A stretch of DNA of 64,000 bases from an uncultured Candidatus Saccharibacteria bacterium (GCA_964368135.1 CAYIZI010000002.1:16241-80240), one strand, 5' to 3'; numbered from the stretch's first letter, positions 5,508 to 15,457 are shown. Notes: generated by a model from the sequence alone, not told the origin. A program made the numbers and translations.

Positions 5508-8096
5508 TTATTTCCCATGACAATGTTTATACTTTTTCGGACGGCCATCCGGATGTTTCGCCCCGCACCAGCAGGGGTCGTTGCGGCCGATTTCCTTGCC
5601 TTGGGGTGATTTGTTTACGTTAACCGCGACTGACTGCGGCTGAACCGGCCGCATTTCAACACCGACTTTAAAAATCAGATTCACCACCTGATACTTTATT
5701 GACTTTAACAACCGCTCAAATATCTTTTGTCCTTCAATCCGGTATTCAACCAGGGGGTCGCGCTGGCCATAAGCCCGCAGATTAACCGAGTCGCGTAAAT
5801 ATTCCATCTGTTCAAGATGGTCAATCCAAAGCTCGTCAATTACCCGAAGTAAAACAAATTTCTCAATATTCCTTATCCCCTCTTCGCCGATTTTCTCTCT
5901 CCGCTCATTATACTTTTGTTTAACAAATTCTAAAATCCTCTGTTTTAAATTTTCTTTATTTTGAATTTCATTTAAAATTTGAAATTTAAAATTTGTAATT
6001 GTGTTTATTGTTTCCTCTATCTCTTTAAGATTCCATTCCGGCCCTTGAGTATGAACCCCAACCATTTCACTGACAAACTCGTTAAAATAATCAAAAATCA
6101 TCTCCCGGCGTTCCGGCGATTGAGAGTCCAAAATATTTTTCCGTAAACCATAAATGGTCTCCCGGTGCTTATTCATCACATTATCAAACTCAAGAACGTA
6201 TTTTCTAGCGTCAAAATGGTGGCCTTCAATTTTACTCTGGGCCTGCTCAATTGACCGGCTGACCAAATTATGCTCAATCGGCTGGTCTTCTGGAAAGCCA
6301 AGCCGCTCCATTAAGCTCTTAATTCTTTCACCGCCAAAAATCCTGATAACATCATCATCCAGAGAAACGAAAAACTGGCTTGAGCCCTGATCGCCCTGCC
6401 GACCGGAGCGGCCCCGAAGCTGATTATCAATTCTACGGGCCTCATGCCGTTCTGTCCCGATAACATGAAGTCCGCCGACTTGTTTAACTTTCTCTGCATT
6501 ATCAGCACTTGGCGGATTGCCGCCTAAAATTATATCCACTCCCCGGCCAGCCATATTGGTCGCCACCGTTACTTGGCCAAATTTACCAGCTTGGGCAATT
6601 ATCTGGCCTTCTGATTCGTGGTTTTTGGCGTTTAAGACGTTGTGAGGAATGCCCTCACGCCTAAGCATTTCTGAAATTAGTTCATTTTTCTCAATTGAAA
6701 CCGTGCCGACTAAAACCGGCTGACCCCTCAGATGTCTTTCTTTAATCTCTTCAACTAATGCCTTCCATTTGGCATCGGCGGTCTTGTAAATCCGGTCAGG
6801 CAAATTTTCTCTTATCATCGGCTTATTGGTCGGCACCACAACGACATCAAGATTATAAACCTTATGAAACTCTTCGCTTGAAGTAGCCGCGGTTCCGGTC
6901 ATTCCGGCCAATTTTTTATACATCCGGAAATAGTTCTGGAAAGTAATGGTGGCCATAGTCCGCGACTCTCTTTGAATGGCCACGCCTTCCTTGGCCTCCA
7001 CGGCCTGATGGAGTCCCTCTGACCAGCGCCGGCCGGGCATAAGGCGGCCAGTAAACTCATCAACAATAATGACTTCGCCATTTTTAATCACATAATCTTT
7101 ATCGCGCTTAAACAAAACATTGGCCCGCAAAGCTTGCTCAAGATGATGAACATAACGCATCCCGCCGTGCTCATAAATATTTCCAATCCTAAGCATTTTC
7201 TCCACCTTGTCTATCCCGGAATCGGTTATGGTTGCGGCTCTTAATTTTTCATCAACATTATAATCTTGATTTTCTTTCAAATGAGGAACAACTCTGGCAA
7301 AAGTTTTGTAAAGCTCGCCTGATTCGGTATCCGGCGCGGAAATAATCAAAGGAGTTCTGGCTTCGTCAATCAGAATTGAGTCAACCTCGTCAACTATGGC
7401 AAAGTTATGGCCTTTGGCCTGGGACATCTGACTCAAATCGTAAACCATATTGTCCCGAAGGTAGTCAAAGCCGAATTCATTATTAGTGCCGTAAGTGATG
7501 TCAGTTTCGTAGGCCTGGCGCCTTGTTACCGGCCGCAGAAACTCATGGAAAACCCTGAATGCTCCTTGGGCATCACGCATCTCATCTTTCTCGGTGTGGC
7601 CGGGGTCATAAACATAACTAGCATCATGATTAATACAACCAACAGTCAAGCCTAAGGCATTATAAATCTGTCCCATCCAAACCGTGTCGCGCCGGGATAA
7701 AAAATCATTGACGGTTACGATATGCACTCCCTGACCTGATAAAGCATTCAGATAAACTGCTAAAGTTGAGGCTAAAGTTTTGCCCTCACCGGTTTTCATC
7801 TCTGCTATTTTACCTTGATGCAAGACAATGCCGCCGATAAGCTGAACGTCAAAATGCCGCTGGCCCAAGGTGCGCTTAGCCGCCTCGCGGACCGTCGCAA
7901 AGGCCTCAGGCAACAAGTCATCAAGAGTTTCGCCTTTCCCCAGCCTCTTTTTAAATTCCTCGGTCTTTTCCTTTAGTTGAGTATCCGAAAACTCCCCAAA
8001 TTCGCCTTCAAGCTTATTTATCTTCTCAACCAATGTCTGGGCTTTTTTTAGATACTTTTGATTCGCATCACCAAAGAGATTAGATAGAAAACTCAT
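5508..8096 (-). CDS. secA: preprotein translocase ATPase SecA
   Basis: 862 aa. Has DEAD-like motor motifs (GKIAEMKTGEGKTL Walker A; DEVDSILIDEARTPLIIS) and a C-terminal zinc finger (CWCGAKHPDGRPKKYKHCHGK). Confidence 0.95.
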   Translation of the reverse strand: MSFLSNLFGDANQKYLKKAQTLVEKINKLEGEFGEFSDTQLKEKTEEFKKRLGKGETLDDLLPEAFATVREAAKRTLGQRHFDVQLIGGIVLHQGKIAEMKTGEGKTLASTLAVYLNALSGQGVHIVTVNDFLSRRDTVWMGQIYNALGLTVGCINHDASYVYDPGHTEKDEMRDAQGAFRVFHEFLRPVTRRQAYETDITYGTNNEFGFDYLRDNMVYDLSQMSQAKGHNFAIVDEVDSILIDEARTPLIISAPDTESGELYKTFARVVPHLKENQDYNVDEKLRAATITDSGIDKVEKMLRIGNIYEHGGMRYVHHLEQALRANVLFKRDKDYVIKNGEVIIVDEFTGRLMPGRRWSEGLHQAVEAKEGVAIQRESRTMATITFQNYFRMYKKLAGMTGTAATSSEEFHKVYNLDVVVVPTNKPMIRENLPDRIYKTADAKWKALVEEIKERHLRGQPVLVGTVSIEKNELISEMLRREGIPHNVLNAKNHESEGQIIAQAGKFGQVTVATNMAGRGVDIILGGNPPSADNAEKVKQVGGLHVIGTERHEARRIDNQLRGRSGRQGDQGSSQFFVSLDDDVIRIFGGERIKSLMERLGFPEDQPIEHNLVSRSIEQAQSKIEGHHFDARKYVLEFDNVMNKHRETIYGLRKNILDSQSPERREMIFDYFNEFVSEMVGVHTQGPEWNLKEIEETINTITNFKFQILNEIQNKENLKQRILEFVKQKYNERREKIGEEGIRNIEKFVLLRVIDELWIDHLEQMEYLRDSVNLRAYGQRDPLVEYRIEGQKIFERLLKSIKYQVVNLIFKVGVEMRPVQPQSVAVNVNKSPQGKEIGRNDPCWCGAKHPDGRPKKYKHCHGK

Positions 8097-8335
8097 GGTT
8101 TAAATATAGTACTGAAAAAACTTGATTTTTTCAAATTTTCTGGAGGTGAAAAGCCCGCAGGGTATAGTTATTGAGGAACCTCTTGAGCCGAGCCGTTAAG
8201 AGAAGATATTTAATGTAGCGAGGCGAAAGAGGAGTGAGGGTTTTTTCTGAAAAACAGAGAATTAAGATAATTATATAAGTTGTACGAGGCCGAACGTTTC
8301 CGAAACAACTGTACCCGAGAGGCTTTTCACCAATG

Positions 8336-8644
8336 TTATTTTCCAAGGTACTTCTTGATCTGACGCTGGAGTTCGTCTTTGACGCGGTTGATGGCAGTGC
8401 GCAGGTCTTTATTGGTATCAGTCGCCCGCAAGAGTTTTCCCGGCAATTTCAAATTCGCTTCGGCATACCAGACTATGCCTTTATGATGATGCCGCGATGG
8501 TTTGCCTATTTCCACCCTCGCCTCGACTGCTGTCGGGTCAACTTTTTTCAAAAACTTTTCTAAACTGCCAATTTTTTTCTCAACCCAAATAACCAATGCA
8601 TCATCTAACTTTATATTTGTCGGATTGATTTTTATGTGAAACAT
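8336..8644 (-). CDS. hpf: ribosome hibernation promoting factor (HPF/RaiA family, short form)
   Basis: 102 aa, starting MFHIKINPTNIKLDDALVIWVEKKIGSLEKF... with a conserved HHHKG. Matches the sigma-54 modulation/ribosomal subunit interface protein family. Confidence 0.75.
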   Translation of the reverse strand: MFHIKINPTNIKLDDALVIWVEKKIGSLEKFLKKVDPTAVEARVEIGKPSRHHHKGIVWYAEANLKLPGKLLRATDTNKDLRTAINRVKDELQRQIKKYLGK

Positions 8645-8645
8645 A

Positions 8646-10370
8646 TTACTGAATTAATTCCTGAATCTTTGCTCTGGTTTTCGCACCCACATACCCGATT
8701 TGCGGAAAAATTCCATACTTTTGCTGAAATCTTATGACCGCGCTTCTGGTAAAAGGGCCAAAATAACCAGTCACCCGGGCTTCCGGATAAACACCCTGGC
8801 TGATTAAAAACTCCTGAAGCCAGCTTACATCATTCCCCCTTAAACCGACAAATAAGTCTCGGGGCAGGGAAGGCTGCATTGGCGGCTGGCTTATTTGCTG
8901 GCCCTGCAAACGAAGCAGCTCCTCCTGCAAACTTCTTATTTGATCTAAAATCACCTGAATTGATTGACCGGCTAAATTAAGCAGGGTCGGTGTTGGCACC
9001 GGAGTGACTATATTTTCCGGAACTTCAGAAACAATTTGAGCTTGAATAGTAAAAGCCGCAACCGGATCATTGTCAGTAAAATCAGATGTTTTTGATTGAT
9101 TAGCTGGAATTACAACCACTTTATAAACATCTGAACCAAAACCTTTAATAAAATTAACCCCGCTACCCCCGCTTAAACTCATAAAACCAATCTCTTTCTG
9201 ACCGTTAACATAAAAAACAATATAAGGAATTAAAAACTTTGAACCAGTCGGACCGCTGAAATATAGTTTTAAATTCCCTTCAAGGCCGATTGGGGTGGTA
9301 AACTCATACCACACCGGCTGCCAGTCTTTAACCGAATTTGAAAGAGATAAGTTACTGCCCAGCCCGGAAGTTGAACTGCTTTGAGTTGACGAAATCTTAA
9401 AGTCTTTAAGATGAGCAGTTTTATAGGCAAATTTCCCTGAAGCTACTGAACTGTCATTTAAAATATTAGCCATGGTCCAATTGGTAAATACGTCTGAAAA
9501 GATTTCACTAAAACCGTTTAATCTTAAAGTTTCATTTATAGATTCAATGCCGATTTTTGAACTTCTCAAAGAGTCAATTAGGATCTTATCGCCATAATGA
9601 TCGGCTAAATAGTAAGCGAAAAGAGTGATTACCCCGTAATCGGGTGATAAATTTTTCCATTCGGCCAAGGGCTCGGAAGGGCTTTGACTAAAAGCAAAAA
9701 CTCGCCGCCTTAAGTTTGAATTATTATAATCGTCGTCGTAACCAACGATCTTGATAGAATATTCGGAACGCAACTCATTTAACCAGGTGTCTTCAGTCGC
9801 CTTTCTTAAAAACTCCTTCTGGTTAAAACCTATTAGGTGCTGGAATTCGTGAGCCAAAAATATCTTAGCTTTTCCACCGACAACCGAATCAGCGCTTACA
9901 AAAAACATTTCTCTTTCATTGGAGTTCTGAACTTCTGTTTTTTTGTAAAGATGGCTGGTATCAAAATATCCGCCGGCTGGATCTTTAAGTTTGGTAAATA
10001 AAATTATAATTTTAGGGTCGTTGTCAATTCCAGGATTTGGCTCCAGGCCCCAGAATGCCCTTTCAATCGGATAAATTCGGTTATCAAATTCCTGGGCTAA
10101 TTCATCTAATTTTGTTAAAAATAAATTTCTTTCCGGCTCTGAAATTCCGGCCCAGTAGTCATCGGATACATATAAGTAAGCGGTGACTGAAATTTTCCTT
10201 AAAGTGGCGGAAACTTTATCTCGGCCAAGATACTCAAACTTAGGGTCGATATTAAACTGAACTGTTTGGCCAATGACATCAGCGGAAACGACATTAAAAA
10301 TCAAAAAATAAAAACTGGATAAAAAAACGAGCAGAAATAAAAAAAGTTTTACTTTATTAAAACTTCTCAT
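8646..10370 (-). CDS. secreted putative zinc metallopeptidase (HExxH) with C-terminal peptidoglycan-binding domain
   Basis: Has an N-terminal signal/TM segment (KLFLFLLVFLSSFYFLIF), an HEFQH motif, and a C-terminal PG_binding_1-like repeat (LQEFLISQGVYPEARVTGYFGPFTRSAVIRFQQKYGI). Confidence 0.5.
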   Translation of the reverse strand: MRSFNKVKLFLFLLVFLSSFYFLIFNVVSADVIGQTVQFNIDPKFEYLGRDKVSATLRKISVTAYLYVSDDYWAGISEPERNLFLTKLDELAQEFDNRIYPIERAFWGLEPNPGIDNDPKIIILFTKLKDPAGGYFDTSHLYKKTEVQNSNEREMFFVSADSVVGGKAKIFLAHEFQHLIGFNQKEFLRKATEDTWLNELRSEYSIKIVGYDDDYNNSNLRRRVFAFSQSPSEPLAEWKNLSPDYGVITLFAYYLADHYGDKILIDSLRSSKIGIESINETLRLNGFSEIFSDVFTNWTMANILNDSSVASGKFAYKTAHLKDFKISSTQSSSTSGLGSNLSLSNSVKDWQPVWYEFTTPIGLEGNLKLYFSGPTGSKFLIPYIVFYVNGQKEIGFMSLSGGSGVNFIKGFGSDVYKVVVIPANQSKTSDFTDNDPVAAFTIQAQIVSEVPENIVTPVPTPTLLNLAGQSIQVILDQIRSLQEELLRLQGQQISQPPMQPSLPRDLFVGLRGNDVSWLQEFLISQGVYPEARVTGYFGPFTRSAVIRFQQKYGIFPQIGYVGAKTRAKIQELIQ

Positions 10371-10396
10371 AAATAAATCATAGCAGATTTTTCAAA

Positions 10397-12643
10397 TCAG
10401 CGAAGTGAGTTTATGAAATCCTGGGCTTCTTTGGTGTAGTTCGGGTCAATTTTTGCCGCCATTTGAGCGGCTTGAATGGCCTTACTTATCTCCCCTGTTT
10501 CTTTATAGGCCACTGCTAAAGAAGCAAAGTATTGAGGATTTTTTGGATTAAGTTTGACTAAAGCCTCATAAATTTCGGCGACTTTTTGGAAATTTCGCAT
10601 TCTCAAATAAATTTCGGCCACTCTCAAAGCATCTACTTCATTACTTTTATACTCGTAGCCGGACTTCTCAATGATCTCAGCGCCTTTCTGAAGATCGCCA
10701 GCCTGGGCGGTGGTAATGCCAAGATACCAGTGAGAAAGCTTGACCTCTGGATTTAACTCAACCACTTTTTCAAACCATTCAATCGCTGTTTTGTAGTCTT
10801 TTTTATTAAGGTAAACCTGAGCAACTTCATAATAAGTTCGGACAAAGGTTGGTGAAATTTCAAGAGCTTTAAGGCTGTTTTCTAAAGCCAGGTCATTAAA
10901 AGAAGAATTGGGGTCATTTTTGCCAAGGACAATGTAAGCCCGGCTGATATAAAGGTAAGGCAGATAATCCTGTGGTGATTCTTCAACATTTTTTTGGACA
11001 TTTTGGACGGCCACTAATAATCTTTCTGCTGTTTTTTGATCCACGCCAGTTTTTGAGGTAAGTTCCAGAATGTATTGGGCATAGCGGTGGCGGATTTCAT
11101 ACTTTCCAAAAGTGTCGTAGCTCATTGCTTTTTTGAATTTTTCAAAAGCCAAATCATGGTTGCCGCTCCAGGAAGCGATAATTGCTCTGGTGGTAGCATA
11201 GTTGGCTTTGGCTGGCACGACTTCAAAGAAATAAATTGAGAAAACTGCGATAATGACCAAGACCATGCCTGCGAAATTAGCCATTAAGTCTCTTTTTGGC
11301 TGAAGATTTTGAAGCTGCTGGTTTAAACTTTCTACCCTTAGCTGATTAATTAATCCAAGGATGATGAAAAACATTATAAAGTTGGCCGAGGTATCAAAAA
11401 TAAAGGAATTGTGAATCATATAGGCGACCAAGGTGGCAATCAAGCCGGCCTTTAATATTTTTTCTTCAGGATTTGAGTTCAGCCGTCTTAAATCTTGAAA
11501 GGCCCGATAGTAAATCAAAAGATAAGATAAAAAGCCGACCAAGCCCATAGTGAAAAGAACTTCAAGAAATTGATTGTGAGCCCGGTCAAATAAAGTTTCA
11601 GAACCTATTCCCCTAAAGAACTTGGGATTAAAGTGTTTTGAAAAAGGAATATTAAACATTTCCGGGCCCCAGCCCAAAAATATGGTTTTTAATGAATCGT
11701 TCCAGCCATTAAAACCAGCCTGCCAAGCCCAGGCTCGGGTCTGAACCGTATAGGCCGTAGGTGAAATGTCTGAATAGCGGGCCAAGTATTGATTCTCTCT
11801 CACAAAATCAGCCTTGCGCAGAGAGTACAAAGTTCCGGCAACAATAATAACCAGGATTGAAAAATAGATGGTATATCTTTTAACTTTAGGCGACCCAAAA
11901 CCAGCCGAGTATAAAAAACCAAATAAGATTACGCCGACAACCACGCCAAGCACCGAACCCCTGACTCCGGTCAGTAAAATCGCCAAAGCATCTATCAGAA
12001 AAACTGAACCGTAGAAAAATTTTTGGTTGTAAGAATTGCCGGGCTTAAAAAAGAGCATCAAAGCCAAAAAGGCATTAATTATAATGTAACCGGCAAAAAG
12101 AGCCGGGTTGCCAATGGTCCCGAAAATTTTTGCCCGGCCGCCAGAACCAATCACCCAGCTTAAATCAGTTTTTTGCAAAAACCCGTAAAAGGCCGAAAGC
12201 AAACTGACAAATAAAGATAGTTTAATAAAAGTAAGCCATTCTTCTTTTTTCCTTAAAACTCCAGTGGCAATAGCGAAGAAACCCCAGAAGTGCAGAAAAC
12301 TCAACCAGCCGCCCATTCGCTCTAAACTGCCAAAAAAGCTCTGATAAGTATTGGTGCTGGTAAAAGTGACCAAACCAAAAGCGGCTGTGAAAATCGTTAT
12401 CGCCCAAAAAAGAGGCGTTCGGGGAGGCGTAAATCTATAACCGTATCTGATTAACAAAATTATGTAAAAAACCGCCAGAATCTCAACCAAGGAACGAAAA
12501 ACAATAATCTTGCCAAAGTGAAAGGGCGAGATATACTGACTGAAAATAATTAGAGGGATAAAAGCAACAAAATAAATTCCATATTTCAGGAATTTTAGCA
12601 GGGCCGGCACCGCTGTTCTGGTATTGCTTTTTTGGTTTGACAT
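10397..12643 (-). CDS. O-antigen ligase (Wzy_C) family membrane protein fused to C-terminal TPR repeats
   Basis: About 12 TM helices with a Wzy_C-like loop (LTGVRGSVLGVVVG). The C-terminal ~300 aa form TPR-like repeats (AIEWFEKVVELNPEVKLSHWYLG...). Confidence 0.7.
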   Translation of the reverse strand: MSNQKSNTRTAVPALLKFLKYGIYFVAFIPLIIFSQYISPFHFGKIIVFRSLVEILAVFYIILLIRYGYRFTPPRTPLFWAITIFTAAFGLVTFTSTNTYQSFFGSLERMGGWLSFLHFWGFFAIATGVLRKKEEWLTFIKLSLFVSLLSAFYGFLQKTDLSWVIGSGGRAKIFGTIGNPALFAGYIIINAFLALMLFFKPGNSYNQKFFYGSVFLIDALAILLTGVRGSVLGVVVGVILFGFLYSAGFGSPKVKRYTIYFSILVIIVAGTLYSLRKADFVRENQYLARYSDISPTAYTVQTRAWAWQAGFNGWNDSLKTIFLGWGPEMFNIPFSKHFNPKFFRGIGSETLFDRAHNQFLEVLFTMGLVGFLSYLLIYYRAFQDLRRLNSNPEEKILKAGLIATLVAYMIHNSFIFDTSANFIMFFIILGLINQLRVESLNQQLQNLQPKRDLMANFAGMVLVIIAVFSIYFFEVVPAKANYATTRAIIASWSGNHDLAFEKFKKAMSYDTFGKYEIRHRYAQYILELTSKTGVDQKTAERLLVAVQNVQKNVEESPQDYLPYLYISRAYIVLGKNDPNSSFNDLALENSLKALEISPTFVRTYYEVAQVYLNKKDYKTAIEWFEKVVELNPEVKLSHWYLGITTAQAGDLQKGAEIIEKSGYEYKSNEVDALRVAEIYLRMRNFQKVAEIYEALVKLNPKNPQYFASLAVAYKETGEISKAIQAAQMAAKIDPNYTKEAQDFINSLR

Positions 12644-12676
12644 CAGTTATTTTCTATGCTAATTACAGGTTAATTT

Positions 12677-14044
12677 ATGAAACGACTGTCCTTATTTCTG
12701 GGCGATATTGCGGTACTTTACGCCTCTTTATACTTAACTTTACTGGTCCGTTACGGACTTGATTTTAGCTCTCAACTTCCCCTCCACTTACTCCCTTTTT
12801 CTTTAGTTTTTATTTTATGGATTCTGGTTTTCTATATCGCCAATCTTTATGAACTGAATTTCGCCAAAAATTCGCCCGAATTTTACTCTTCCTTATTTAA
12901 GTCAATTACTGTCTCGGCAATTATCTCGGTTCTATTCTTTTATTTGATGCCTTTTGTAATTGAAACGGTTCAAATCGAGCCGAGAAGAAATCTTTTAATT
13001 TACATCGCCGTCTTTACCGGTTTGGTCTCGTTGTGGCGCTATCTTTATAACCGACTATTAGGCAAAACCTTTAAAAATAATACTATAGTTGTCGGCTTCA
13101 ATCAAATTGCTTTTGATTTAGCCAAGTTTTTAAATAAAAATCCGCAATATGGCTACAATTTAAAATACGCCCTTGACGTTTCCGAACAGGCCGCTTTCTC
13201 TTTTGAAAATGTTGATTTCAGGCAAGTCCGCGGCGCTAAAGATATTGAAAAGATTTTGGAGACCAATCATATCAACACGATTATTTTAAGCCCCGAGGCC
13301 TATCGCCTGCCCGATATTATTGACGTTTTTTATAAAGCCAGCAAAAGAAACGTCCAGTTTACAAACCTGGCCAGTGCCTATGAAAGAATCCTGAAAAAAA
13401 TCCCGCTTGAATCGGTGAATCAGCTTTGGTTTTTAGAAAATATCTCCCGCGGAGAAAAAAGACTTTATGAATTTTTGAAACGAGCCCTTGATATGTTACT
13501 GGCTATAATCGGCCTTGCTGTTTTAATCGTCTTATTTCCATTTGTCGCCCTGGCCATAAAATGGGGAACCGAAGGACCTATATTCTATAAACAAATCAGA
13601 ATCGGCAAGGGAGGAAAAACTTTTGAGGTCATAAAGTTCAGAACAATGATTAAAGATTCAGAAAAGTACGGCCCGGTCTGGGCAACCAAAAAAGATCTCC
13701 GAGTCACAACGATTGGGGGCCTTTTAAGAAAGACCCGCTTAGACGAACTGCCGCAAGTAATCAATATCCTAAAAGGAGAAATGTCAGTGGTTGGTCCAAG
13801 AGCTGAAAGACCAGAATTTGTTCAGAAATTAAAAAAAGAAATTCCTTTTTATGAAGAAAGGCTTTTAACAAGGCCTGGGCTTACCGGCTGGGCCCAGATA
13901 AATTTCGGAAAAGATCTGGATTCATCAGATACCAAAGAAAAACTTCAATATGATTTGTATTACATCAAGAACCGCTCACTCACGATTGACTTGGCCGTAA
14001 TTTTAAAAACGATCAAGACGGTTCTCTCGGCCACAGGCTGGTAA
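12677..14044 (+). CDS. polyprenyl-phosphate hexose-1-phosphate transferase (WbaP/CpsE-type initiating sugar transferase)
   Basis: Has an N-terminal TM region, then the bacterial sugar transferase domain with the hallmark KGEMSVVGPRAERPEF. Confidence 0.8.
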   Translation: MKRLSLFLGDIAVLYASLYLTLLVRYGLDFSSQLPLHLLPFSLVFILWILVFYIANLYELNFAKNSPEFYSSLFKSITVSAIISVLFFYLMPFVIETVQIEPRRNLLIYIAVFTGLVSLWRYLYNRLLGKTFKNNTIVVGFNQIAFDLAKFLNKNPQYGYNLKYALDVSEQAAFSFENVDFRQVRGAKDIEKILETNHINTIILSPEAYRLPDIIDVFYKASKRNVQFTNLASAYERILKKIPLESVNQLWFLENISRGEKRLYEFLKRALDMLLAIIGLAVLIVLFPFVALAIKWGTEGPIFYKQIRIGKGGKTFEVIKFRTMIKDSEKYGPVWATKKDLRVTTIGGLLRKTRLDELPQVINILKGEMSVVGPRAERPEFVQKLKKEIPFYEERLLTRPGLTGWAQINFGKDLDSSDTKEKLQYDLYYIKNRSLTIDLAVILKTIKTVLSATGW

Positions 14045-14353
14045 AAAATTTTTTATAATAGCAAAAAAGTTATCAACATATTGCTTGAAAAGAAAAAATT
14101 CTTTATTTTTAAAATAGCACGAGCCTTCGCGCTCATTTTAGAAAGGAGTATCTAAAAAACAGTGGACAAAAATTCTAAAATTTCCGCGAAGCCAACAACT
14201 CAAGAAGAAATCATTCCACCACTCAAACAAACGAGGCCGAAAAGACCTCACCAGGATGACGAAGAAGAACCTGAAGCTTCTTCCCCTGCCCGCGGCAACA
14301 TCAGTCGCGATCCAATGGTTGAGTGAAAACGATTTCCGAATGAGATACGGGGC

Positions 14354-15382
14354 TTAAGCCAAGTCCCGTTTCTTTTTCCTAAGTTTTTCTCTTATCGGGA
14401 TTTCGGAATCAAGAACTGTTTTCACGGCATTGCCAAAAGCTAATTCCATCTCTCTAACTTCTCTGATAAGCTCGGCGAGCTCGTGCGGCTCAAGACTGGC
14501 GGCCTGGTCAGTGCCAAACATATTTTTATCCAAAGTAATATGCCGTTCGATTAAATGAGCGCCGATGGTAGCTGCAGCCAACGATGGCGCAATTCCTTTT
14601 TCATGGCCGCTATATCCTACCGGCATTCCGGGAAATTCCCGCCTTAACTTATCAATCATTTTCAGATTAAGCTCTTCTTCTTTGGCCGGGTAAGTTGAAA
14701 CAGTATGTAAAAGAATCAAATTATCAGTGCCTAAAATTCTGACTGCATGTTTAATTTCATCCATTGTGCTCATGCCGGTAGATAAAACAACTGGCCGACC
14801 CTTTTCTTTTATTTTTTCTAATAACTCATTATGGGTAAGAGAGGCGGAAGCAACTTTATAGCAAGGGAGGTTAAACCCTTCCAGAAAATCAACGCTCTCT
14901 AAATCCCAAGGCGAAGCAAACCAAAAGATTCCTTTAGTATTGCAGTAGCGGTCAATCTCTTTGTACTCGTCTTTTGTAAATTCCAAAGCCCACTTCAAAT
15001 CGCCGTTGGTTGAATCTTTAAAATCAGATTTTTTAAGACGCTCAACCGACTCTTTCGGTAGTACTCCCCTTTTGACGGCGTTTTCCAAAACCGCTCTGTC
15101 AACCTGCCGCGGCTTAGCCAATTCCTCGGCTGAATAAACCGCCGGTACCGTTCGTTTTTGAAACTTTACGGCCTGGGCTCCGGCTTCAACCGCCGCATCA
15201 ATCAGTTTCTTGGCAATCTCCAAACTGCCGTTATGATTTATCCCGATTTCAGCCACAAAAAAACAAGGCTGTTTTTTACCTACAGCAATATTGCCAATAT
15301 GGATATCGTGAGTATCTAAAGATGAATTACCAACTATAGTCCTGGCAAATCTTGCTATTGGAGAAAAAAATGCTTTAAACAT
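14354..15382 (-). CDS. N-acylneuraminate-9-phosphate/nonulosonic acid synthase family (NeuB/PseI/LegI-like)
   Basis: NeuB TIM-barrel motif FFVAEIGINHNGSLEIAKKLIDAAVEAGAQAVKFQ; length 342 aa, consistent with a C-terminal SAF domain. Confidence 0.75.
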   Translation of the reverse strand: MFKAFFSPIARFARTIVGNSSLDTHDIHIGNIAVGKKQPCFFVAEIGINHNGSLEIAKKLIDAAVEAGAQAVKFQKRTVPAVYSAEELAKPRQVDRAVLENAVKRGVLPKESVERLKKSDFKDSTNGDLKWALEFTKDEYKEIDRYCNTKGIFWFASPWDLESVDFLEGFNLPCYKVASASLTHNELLEKIKEKGRPVVLSTGMSTMDEIKHAVRILGTDNLILLHTVSTYPAKEEELNLKMIDKLRREFPGMPVGYSGHEKGIAPSLAAATIGAHLIERHITLDKNMFGTDQAASLEPHELAELIREVREMELAFGNAVKTVLDSEIPIREKLRKKKRDLA

Positions 15383-15457
15383 TGTAATGTAATTTTATCA
15401 TAGAATATTAATAATAACTGGTCAATTTTAGAAATTTGAGGTAGTATATTTAAGCTT

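Noticed and set aside
5941-6000. AT-rich low-complexity repeats (aatttgaaatttaaaattt...) inside secA
   Set aside because: In-frame, and it encodes a low-complexity N/K/F-rich linker typical of this genome. It is not a separate repeat element.
8131-8346. 71-aa minus-strand ORF in the hpf-secA intergenic region
   Set aside because: No start context. It overlaps the hpf stop and the region that is better explained as a structured non-coding or leader region.
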